Shown: positions 56,740 to 64,000 of the stretch, one piece after another
How the letters are laid out: the number at the start of each line of letters is the position of its first letter
Position numbering within the stretch: the stretch's first letter is position 1
Source of the DNA: Bacteroidota bacterium
GTDB lineage: Bacteria > Bacteroidota > Bacteroidia > Bacteroidales > FEN-979
DNA length: 64,000 bases
Direction of reading: 5' to 3'
Assembly: GCA_037128705.1 (NCBI GenBank)
Contig: JBAXVX010000002.1
Location: forward strand, 78,361-142,360
Program-made: the position numbers and the translations under genes
The notes under the pieces: model-generated
What the model saw: the letters and a program-made list of their open reading frames with translations, nothing else
The model's database searches: none
Told to the model about the DNA's origin: nothing

Positions 56740-59649
56740 ATGAAAAACAACCCCTTTGCGGAAGCCATGCTTACACTGGGTACCCCCGGAAAAACCGGGG
56801 CGAACCAGTCTTTTACCATGGCCCATCTTCAAAGTGTGTGGTATGTAACCAAAGGGCATATCGACCTCTTTTCCGTGCGGCTTGAAAATGATCAGCCGTC
56901 GGGGTCAAGGTTCTTTCTGTTTACAGCCAGCCAGGGGGAACTCCTTTTTGGAATGCGGAGTGATCAGTTTGGAAATGAGCAGGCCCTGCTTGCGGTTCCA
57001 TCAACCGATGCTGAGATCATCGTGACCGGGATTGACCAGGTTAAGGAGCTGATAAAGCGACCGGGGTTTTTTGATACCGGGGTGTCGCTGATTGAAACCT
57101 GGATTGGTCATTTGTTATCCGGAATTTCCAAGGATCTGAATTCACGCACCGACGTGATGATTGATTCTGACACAGTGTTCACGCTGGAAGACAACATGAA
57201 GTTCCGCTCAAAAAAAGGGCTATTCTGGGTCGAATTTCTGTCGGGGAATGCATTGTTCCTTGGAATGAGGGAGATTCGGGACAACAGCGAACGGAAAAAA
57301 TTCCCGGTCTCCCAGGATTCATGGCTTCAAACAACAGAATCATCCGATATCAGATCCTGCAAGACCGGTGAACTTTTACTCCAGGATGATTTCTGGGATC
57401 ACATGGAAAATTTCTACCAGGTGATCTTCTACTGTGACTTTTTGAATACAAACCTGATGACGGTTGATGAATTCAACCGCCTCAGCGAAAAAGCGGTTCA
57501 CGATTCAAATATCCTTTCCGCTTCCCTTTTTAAAATAGCCTCTGTTATCAATGATAACATCCGGAAAACTTACATTGAGGCCGGCGTGAATCCATTGGTT
57601 TCAGCATGTAAGGCGGTGGCCGGTTATGCCGGCATTTCCGTTACCTTGCCGCCCAGGCCTAAAAGCGATGATGCGCCTCCTTTAACCCTGAACGACATCG
57701 CCCATGCCTCACGGTTCAGGACAAGGAAGGTGAGACTTGCCGGCGATTGGTGGAACAAGGACAACGGCCCGCTGCTTGCCTTCACCAGGGACAGCGACTT
57801 TCCCATTGCCCTGATACCCAAGTCGCCGGGAAAATATGAGTATATCAGTCCGGCCGAGAATTTAAAACAATTGCTAACGGCTGAATCCGCCTCATTGCTG
57901 GCTGCAGAAGCCCGCCAGTTTTACCGGCCCTTTCCCGACCGTCCCATCAAGGTTCTGGATCTGATCAGGTTCAGCTTTAAAAATTCCATCCGGGATATTA
58001 TGCTGATGATTCTGGTAGGAGTGGCAGGAGGCATACTGACCATATTGGTTCCCATGCTAACCGGGACCATCTTTGACAGTGTCATTCCCAAATCAGATTA
58101 CACCCAGCTTTACGTTTACGCCCTTGCGCTCTTTTTCAGTTTTGTTGCCATAGCGATTTTTCAGCTGGTACGCAGTTTTTCCATGATCAGAATTGAAACG
58201 AAACTCGATTTCCTGCTTCAGTCGGCCATCTGGGACCGGCTGCTCAACCTGCCTGTCCCGTTTTTCAGAAAATACCAGGCCGGGGAACTGGCAGCCAAGG
58301 CAAACAGCATCATGATGCTCCGCAAGATCCTTTCAGATACGGTGATCTACAGTGTGCTGGGCTCTGTTTTCCTGGTATTCAACTTCATTCTCATGTTTTT
58401 TTATGATGCCTCCCTGTCGCTTTATATCTTAGGCTTCTCCCTGTTATCCTATATTTTCATCTTCTTTGTCGGGAAAAAGATCCAGAAACGGCAGTATCTT
58501 ATCATTCAGCTGAACAACAAGATTTTCGGGATGCTGCTGCAGCTGTTGTCCAGTATCTCCAAAATCAAGATCGCGGGTGCTGAAATTCATGCATTTTCTC
58601 AATGGGCTGAAAAATATGCCACAAACAAGCGTCAAACCTATGAAGTAAGAAAACTGAATCAGTGGATTTCGTTGCTCACTACTTTGTGGCCGCTCCTGAT
58701 TACGATCTTTGTTTTTGCCACCATCGCCTGGCAGGTCCCGCATACCCTGTCAACTGGTGAGTTCCTGGCATTCTATACCGCCATGACTACAACCATCGCT
58801 TCATTTCTTCAGCTGGGGATGGCCGGCATTGCACTTTTCATGGCGATGCCCTTACTGGAAAACATTCGTCCGATACTGGAAACACTCCCGGAAAATGTTT
58901 CCTTAAAAGCCGAAATAAAGGAACTTTCGGGCGAAATCGAGGTGAACAATGTAAGCTTCAGGTACCAGCCCGATGGTCCGCTTGTGCTGGATAACGTTTC
59001 GTTGCAGGTACAACCCGGTGAATTTGTAGCCATCGTGGGGACATCCGGTTCCGGAAAATCAACCCTGCTTCGTTTACTGCTTGGTTTTGAAACCCCCGAA
59101 AGCGGTTCTGTCTATTACGACCGGCAGGATCTCTCCACATTCGACCCTGCTTCGGTGAGACGACAGGCGGGAACTGTTCTTCAGCAAACACAGCTGGCTC
59201 CCGGTAACATCCTGACCAACATTACGGGAGTGACCGATGCTACCTTCGAGGATGCCTGGGAGGCTGCCAGAAGTGTGGGACTGGACGAAGACATCAAGCA
59301 GATGCCCATGGGAATGTATACCGTGATCACCGGTGGCCTCAGCACGATCTCAGGTGGCCAGAAACAACGCATCATGATCGCCCGGGCTATTGTCAACAGG
59401 CCCCGGATCCTCTTTTTCGATGAAGCAACAAGCTCCCTGGATAATAAAACTCAGTTTACAGTAAGCGCCAGTCTCGAAAAACTACAGGCATCCCGTGTTG
59501 TGATTGCCCATCGTCTTACCACCGTACAGCACGCCGACAGAATCTACGTTATGGATCACGGTAAGATCGTTGAATCCGGATCATTCGCCGAATTGATTGA
59601 AACAGGAGGAAAATTCAATGAGCTGGTGAAGCGCCAGATGGTTGAATAA
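56740..59649 (+). CDS. second bacteriocin-system ABC transporter (permease/ATPase) with a ~400-aa N-terminal extension including a cNMP-binding-like fold (NHLM ABC2-like)
   Basis: 969 aa. The N-terminus (HIDLFSV...GSRFFLFTASQGELLFG) resembles a cyclic-nucleotide-binding beta-roll. TM domain, Walker A GTSGSGKST, signature ISGGQKQR and Walker B ILFFDEATSSLD. Starts 7 nt after the previous gene. Confidence 0.85.
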   Translation: MKNNPFAEAMLTLGTPGKTGANQSFTMAHLQSVWYVTKGHIDLFSVRLENDQPSGSRFFLFTASQGELLFGMRSDQFGNEQALLAVPSTDAEIIVTGIDQVKELIKRPGFFDTGVSLIETWIGHLLSGISKDLNSRTDVMIDSDTVFTLEDNMKFRSKKGLFWVEFLSGNALFLGMREIRDNSERKKFPVSQDSWLQTTESSDIRSCKTGELLLQDDFWDHMENFYQVIFYCDFLNTNLMTVDEFNRLSEKAVHDSNILSASLFKIASVINDNIRKTYIEAGVNPLVSACKAVAGYAGISVTLPPRPKSDDAPPLTLNDIAHASRFRTRKVRLAGDWWNKDNGPLLAFTRDSDFPIALIPKSPGKYEYISPAENLKQLLTAESASLLAAEARQFYRPFPDRPIKVLDLIRFSFKNSIRDIMLMILVGVAGGILTILVPMLTGTIFDSVIPKSDYTQLYVYALALFFSFVAIAIFQLVRSFSMIRIETKLDFLLQSAIWDRLLNLPVPFFRKYQAGELAAKANSIMMLRKILSDTVIYSVLGSVFLVFNFILMFFYDASLSLYILGFSLLSYIFIFFVGKKIQKRQYLIIQLNNKIFGMLLQLLSSISKIKIAGAEIHAFSQWAEKYATNKRQTYEVRKLNQWISLLTTLWPLLITIFVFATIAWQVPHTLSTGEFLAFYTAMTTTIASFLQLGMAGIALFMAMPLLENIRPILETLPENVSLKAEIKELSGEIEVNNVSFRYQPDGPLVLDNVSLQVQPGEFVAIVGTSGSGKSTLLRLLLGFETPESGSVYYDRQDLSTFDPASVRRQAGTVLQQTQLAPGNILTNITGVTDATFEDAWEAARSVGLDEDIKQMPMGMYTVITGGLSTISGGQKQRIMIARAIVNRPRILFFDEATSSLDNKTQFTVSASLEKLQASRVVIAHRLTTVQHADRIYVMDHGKIVESGSFAELIETGGKFNELVKRQMVE

Positions 59650-59689
59650 AACTTAAATTTGGGCTGATTAACGCCATTGCAAAATCCTG

Positions 59690-61249
59690 ATGACAACATC
59701 CGTCACATCCTTTTCTCAGCTTCAGTTATCCATCCTGCTGCTGGCTACCATTGGCTTCCTCTCCAGCCTCTGGTTCCATGTCAGGGATAAAGAAAACCTG
59801 GCGATTGGATTACTGGTTCTCACTGCATTCTTGGTTTTCAGCTTTGCAGCCCTCCTCGATCCATTCCTGAACCTGTGGGATGAACGGTTCCATGCACTGG
59901 TCGGAAAGAACCTGATGAACCATCCATTCATGCCAACCCTGTATGACGACCCGGTGGTCAGCATGGCCTACGACCATTGGGATAATTACCATATCTGGAT
60001 TCACAAGCAACCGCTGTTTTTATGGCAGATCGCACTTAGTTTCAAACTCTTTGGAATTTCAGAGTTTTCATTACGGATTCCCGACATCATTTTAGGGATG
60101 ATCCTCGTGTTCATCGGATACCGTTCAGGGAAGTTGCTTGTAAATAAAAACGTGGGGTATCTCACGGGAATTCTGACCATTTCCACAATTTACCTGACCG
60201 AACTGGTATCGGGAAGGCAGGAGATAGACCACAATGATTTTTCGTTTCTCGTCTATGTTTCACTGAGCATCTGGTCGCTGATAGAATATCATTTTACAAA
60301 AAAGAGATACTGGATCTTTCTTATCGGGGCGTTTTCGGGGATGGCGATCCTGTGTAAATGGGTGGTGGGATTCCTCGTCTTTCTGGGGTGGTTTGTCCTG
60401 AAACTGCAGCAAAAAAGGTTCAGGCCGTCGCACTATTATGATTTCCTGGTTGCCTTGGGAATAACCTTGCTGATGGCCGTGCCGTGGCAGGTATATACCT
60501 TTATCTGTTACCCGAAAGAGGCCATCCAGGCCTTTACCATGAATACATCGCACTTTCTTTCGGCTGTGGATGGACACCGGGGCACCCTGTTGTACCATTT
60601 CGAGAAGGCCGGCACCATTTATGGCCTCGTGATGTCATTGTTGATCATTCCGTCCTTATATGTTTTTTACAGGAACAGCAGGGATAAGATGGTGGCCGTC
60701 TCACTGCTTGTCATGGTCATTGCGGTTTATCTTTTTTTCACCATCACCGCGACAAAAATGTCCTCCTTTACAGTGGTGGTATCCATGGTCATATTTATTG
60801 CCCTGGCGGCCCTGATTGACCATGCTGTCCAATATACAAACCGGTATATCAAAAAACCGGGAGCCAGGAGCCTGCTGTTCGCGGGACTCATCATTTTAAT
60901 TGTTCTCCTGCGATTTGATATTGGACTTCTCCGGGAGAGGCATACAACCCGGAATGAGGAAAACCATTACACCCGGATGCTCATGCACAACCGGGAAGTT
61001 TTTAAATCGCTCAACCTGCCCGATAATGCTGTGCTGTTCAATGTGAAAGGAAGGCATTACCTCGAAGCCATGTTTTACACCGGACTGCCCGCCTACAATT
61101 TTATCCCAACCAGAGATCAGTACCAGGACTTAAAATCGAAAGGACGCTGCATCGCAATATTCAGACCGGCCGATCTCCCGCTTCCGGATTATCTTTCCAC
61201 CGATCCCACCACCATCATCCTGAACAAGGAAATAACAGGATACGATTAA
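59690..61249 (+). CDS. GT-C fold glycosyltransferase (GT39 PMT / ArnT-like), polytopic membrane protein
   Basis: Twelve or more TM helices. The first-loop DE motif LWDERFHALVGKNL (D64 E65 at 59879-59884) is typical of the PMT/ArnT family. Starts 40 nt after the ABC gene on the same strand. Confidence 0.7.
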   Translation: MTTSVTSFSQLQLSILLLATIGFLSSLWFHVRDKENLAIGLLVLTAFLVFSFAALLDPFLNLWDERFHALVGKNLMNHPFMPTLYDDPVVSMAYDHWDNYHIWIHKQPLFLWQIALSFKLFGISEFSLRIPDIILGMILVFIGYRSGKLLVNKNVGYLTGILTISTIYLTELVSGRQEIDHNDFSFLVYVSLSIWSLIEYHFTKKRYWIFLIGAFSGMAILCKWVVGFLVFLGWFVLKLQQKRFRPSHYYDFLVALGITLLMAVPWQVYTFICYPKEAIQAFTMNTSHFLSAVDGHRGTLLYHFEKAGTIYGLVMSLLIIPSLYVFYRNSRDKMVAVSLLVMVIAVYLFFTITATKMSSFTVVVSMVIFIALAALIDHAVQYTNRYIKKPGARSLLFAGLIILIVLLRFDIGLLRERHTTRNEENHYTRMLMHNREVFKSLNLPDNAVLFNVKGRHYLEAMFYTGLPAYNFIPTRDQYQDLKSKGRCIAIFRPADLPLPDYLSTDPTTIILNKEITGYD

Positions 61250-61261
61250 CCCAATTCTCAC

Positions 61262-61822
61262 CTATAAACCAATCTCCTCCGCAATCGGCATCATCGCCGC
61301 AATGGAGATGGCGGCGAACTCATCGATCGGAATCCCGATTTTCTCGCATTCCAGAATATTCTCCCGCTTCACCGAAGCCGCAAACATCCGCTCTTTCATC
61401 CTTTTAACCACCGACTTCGGCTTTACGCCGGACAGTTTCCGGTCGGGATAAACATAGGTTGTGGCAAAGATCAGCCCCGTGATCGTCTCCCCGGCTGCAA
61501 GGGCATACTGGAATTCGGTGCTCCGCTCCCTGCCCGACGAACACTCGTTGTGCATGCGGATTGCATCCAGGATGTCGGGATCAACCGGATAATCCTTCAG
61601 CAGGACCTCAGTTTGGGTGCCATGCACAGTGGCCTCCGCATTGGTGACCTCCACATCCAGGTCGTGGAGGAGCCCGGCCATGGCCCACTTGTCTTCATCC
61701 CTGCCCAGCTTGTGCGCGATCCCTCTCATCACGGCCTCAGAGGCAAGGCAATGGAAGATCATCTTTTCATTCTTTATGTACTGCCGGATCAGCTCCAGGG
61801 CGGTTTCGCGGGTAAGTTCCAT
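61262..61822 (-). CDS. HD-domain metal-dependent phosphohydrolase
   Basis: HCLASEAVMRGIA ... GLLHDLD, an H...HD...D pattern. Confidence 0.7.
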   Translation of the reverse strand: MELTRETALELIRQYIKNEKMIFHCLASEAVMRGIAHKLGRDEDKWAMAGLLHDLDVEVTNAEATVHGTQTEVLLKDYPVDPDILDAIRMHNECSSGRERSTEFQYALAAGETITGLIFATTYVYPDRKLSGVKPKSVVKRMKERMFAASVKRENILECEKIGIPIDEFAAISIAAMMPIAEEIGL

Positions 61823-61855
61823 ACAATTCTATTTGTCCGACTACAAAAGTAAACA

Positions 61856-63223
61856 TTAACGAATCACCAGTTTTTCAATATGGGTTTTATCCCCGGAAAA
61901 CAGCTTGATAATGTATATCCCATGTGGCAGGGCTGAGAGGTCAAGTTTACTCAATCCGGGCTGGCCTGTTTTGTTATCAGAAAAGACCAGCACACCGGCC
62001 ACATTATAAATTTCAACCGCCGTCAACGGTGTGGGGGAACTGATGGTAAGCTTTCCATTGCACGGATTTGGAAAGACGAGGGTACCCGGTTTTTGGGCTG
62101 TTGGTTCGATGATTCCTTCAGCCGTATGAAAATAGTTGTAGGTGCTGTCGCCATCCTTTATTTTGGTTCCATCTTCCTTCCAATTTTTATAAGATGCGGC
62201 TTTCGAAAAATTTCCGGCATCATAAGCAAAGAGTTCCTGGGTATAGTTAACCCAGTCGCTGCCGTACAAACTCTGCTCGAGGAAACTCGTCTCGTTATTG
62301 TTTGAATCGTAGGTATAGACAGCTTTGAAGTAATCATACCAGGAGGCGCCATCCCACTCCTGCCCCATATACCCTGTAAGGTTGTTATGGGCATCATACG
62401 TATATACTTCCTGGTAAAGATTTACCCATTCGCTTCCCGCCCAGGTTTTATAAAGGAAGTTTGTCCTCCGGTTGTTTGCATCGTATGTATAATTGAACAG
62501 CGCGTAATTCACCCAGGCCGTGCTCACCCAATACTGGCCATTTGTACTGGTCACGTTGTTTTGTTCATCATAGGTATAAAGGTTCTGAAAGGCGTTCACC
62601 CAGAAATTCCCGTCCCAATCCTGAGCCAGTTCATTCATAATATAATTGCTGGCATTGTAGGTAAAGAGGTACTGTACAACCTTCACCCAGATAGCGCCGG
62701 TCCATTGCTGAAACAATGTACTGGTCCTGTTATTGTTTGTATCCCAGGTGTTGATTCCAAGTGCAAAATTCTCCCAGGCGGTTCCGGTCCACACTTGAGT
62801 CAGGGTGCTTGTCTGGTTGCCGTTGGCATCGTAGGTGTAGGTGTATTTCCTGGAATTTGGCCATACACTGCCGCTCTTCTGAAGTAAAATGAAACTTGTC
62901 AGGTTGGAATGTTCATCATAGATCAGGCTGGTGTATTTGTAGGAGAAAAGCCATCCGGAGCTGAGGGTATCCCATTGCCACTCATGAATGCTGTCGTAAA
63001 CCTGTTTCAGTGACCTTGACCCTGCCATCCTCAGCAGGCCGGCCTTTCCCAAATCCATTCCACACAATCGGGTATTTAATCCATTCATGGAATTGAAGAA
63101 CATCCCCCGTAGTTTTTCCGGTGAACAGGATGCGGAGCGCCGGGGAATGAACGTCGTCCGTTGGTTTTGTCCGGAAACATTCAGTGCAAAGGCAAGGAGG
63201 ACGAAGAGCAGGGCTTTTTTCAT
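61856..63223 (-). CDS. T9SS-sorted secreted protein with nine tandem 29-residue YD-like repeats
   Basis: Signal peptide MKKALLFVLLAFALNVSGQ (ATG at 63223). Repeats of the form YTYD-NNN-TS...W-G--WVN. The C-terminus VFPNPCNGKLTI...GIYIIKL is a T9SS CTD. Confidence 0.8.
   Translation of the reverse strand: MKKALLFVLLAFALNVSGQNQRTTFIPRRSASCSPEKLRGMFFNSMNGLNTRLCGMDLGKAGLLRMAGSRSLKQVYDSIHEWQWDTLSSGWLFSYKYTSLIYDEHSNLTSFILLQKSGSVWPNSRKYTYTYDANGNQTSTLTQVWTGTAWENFALGINTWDTNNNRTSTLFQQWTGAIWVKVVQYLFTYNASNYIMNELAQDWDGNFWVNAFQNLYTYDEQNNVTSTNGQYWVSTAWVNYALFNYTYDANNRRTNFLYKTWAGSEWVNLYQEVYTYDAHNNLTGYMGQEWDGASWYDYFKAVYTYDSNNNETSFLEQSLYGSDWVNYTQELFAYDAGNFSKAASYKNWKEDGTKIKDGDSTYNYFHTAEGIIEPTAQKPGTLVFPNPCNGKLTISSPTPLTAVEIYNVAGVLVFSDNKTGQPGLSKLDLSALPHGIYIIKLFSGDKTHIEKLVIR
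62144..62926 (-). repeat. nine tandem in-frame 87-nt (29-codon) coding repeats
   Basis: The Y-(D/N) anchor recurs at residues 114, 143, 172, 201, 230, 259, 288, 317 and 346. That is exactly 29 apart with no indels. Confidence 0.85.
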
Positions 63224-63436
63224 ATGCAATATTAAGCAAAGCGTCGACAATAGCATAAATATGGGGGAAATATCAGGGTCATTTTTTACCTTGAAAAATA
63301 AATCACAGGTTCTGTGTAGGTAATTCGGATTTATTAATTATCTTTAACAGATTCATTATCAACCCTTTGTTGTTATGTATTTTCCCAAACAACATATTTG
63401 ATTTTTAATTCAGTTTCAATTTGTTATAAAGACATC

Positions 63437-63802
63437 ATGACCAAGATTCTTTTTATCGACGACGATTCCTCTTTTGTTGAAGCAATGAAGTTCCTGTTAG
63501 AGCAAAACGGTTTCAGTGTAGTTACAGCCTGTGGGGGTCAAGATGCTTTTCTCCTTGCCAAGGAGCAGGTTTTTGATCTGGTCATCACCGATGTGCTGAT
63601 GGCGAAGAGTCATGGAATGGAGGTCATCCAGCATATGCGGCAGTTCTACCCTAAAACCAAGATAATCACCATTACAGGGGGCGGCTGGGCCTCACCACAG
63701 TTTCATCTCGACTCGGCCCGCCTCTTCGGCTCCGACGGCTTTCTTGCCAAACCCTTTTCCATTAAAGATCTGCTCCTGGAAATCCAACGCGTATTCAGAT
63801 AA
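63437..63802 (+). CDS. single-domain response regulator (receiver)
   Basis: MTKILFIDDD, DLVITDVLM (phospho-acceptor Asp context) and AKPF. Start refined to the ATG at 63437. Confidence 0.8.
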   Translation: MTKILFIDDDSSFVEAMKFLLEQNGFSVVTACGGQDAFLLAKEQVFDLVITDVLMAKSHGMEVIQHMRQFYPKTKIITITGGGWASPQFHLDSARLFGSDGFLAKPFSIKDLLLEIQRVFR

Positions 63803-63816
63803 ATCAGGGGTCTTCC

Positions 63817-64000
63817 CTATTTTTTCAGTCTGGCATTCACTGCATTCAACAAGTCGAGTCGTGTAAATGGCTTGGTGATGTAATCATCAGCCCCGGCCCG
63901 CATGCCGTTAGCAACCTGCTGATGATCGGCCATTGCGGTCATGAATAAAAAGGGGATCTTTGAGGTTTCAGGTGTTTGACGCAGATTAGAAAGCACGGCG
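63817..64000 (-). CDS. response-regulator receiver domain, C-terminal fragment (N-terminus beyond the window)
   Basis: My minus-strand translation reads ...SKIPFLFMTAMADHQQVANGMRAGADDYITKPFTRLDLLNAVNARLKK*. The stop codon is at 63819-63817. Confidence 0.65.
   Translation of the reverse strand, partial: AVLSNLRQTPETSKIPFLFMTAMADHQQVANGMRAGADDYITKPFTRLDLLNAVNARLKK

Overview
This 64-kb chromosomal segment looks like Bacteroidota. It has two T9SS (type IX secretion) C-terminal sorting domains, many lipobox lipoproteins, a TPR/LuxR regulator and TAnnTTTG-type promoter motifs. I call about 50 protein genes. I recognised no rRNA, tRNA, CRISPR array, transposase or integrase. All function calls come from reading motifs in the supplied translations, because no database search was possible. 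Most of the window is accessory envelope and hydrolase content. It holds four beta-lactamase-fold serine hydrolases, two near-identical secretory-lipase-like lipoproteins, outer-membrane barrels, two paralogous PAS histidine kinases, an Orn/Lys/Arg decarboxylase and a cysteine dioxygenase. The main finding is a class II lanthipeptide locus at about 49.3-61.2 kb. Its LanM (class II lanthipeptide synthetase) carries a ProcM-like CCG (all-Cys) zinc motif. An uncharacterised 354-aa protein upstream is translationally coupled to lanM through an ATGA overlap. A divergent operon encodes an NHLP-type export triad: a short HlyD-like adaptor without an alpha-hairpin, a C39-peptidase ABC transporter and a second ABC transporter with a cNMP-like N-domain. 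That operon ends with a GT-C (PMT/ArnT-like) glycosyltransferase. I could not find a precursor peptide gene anywhere in the window. Secondary observations include a sensor kinase whose 5' end is split at an A8 tract, a GPP34 domain fused to a YdeP-type molybdoenzyme next to a SET-domain gene, a T9SS cargo protein with nine exact 29-residue repeats, and an orphan lipoprotein operon.
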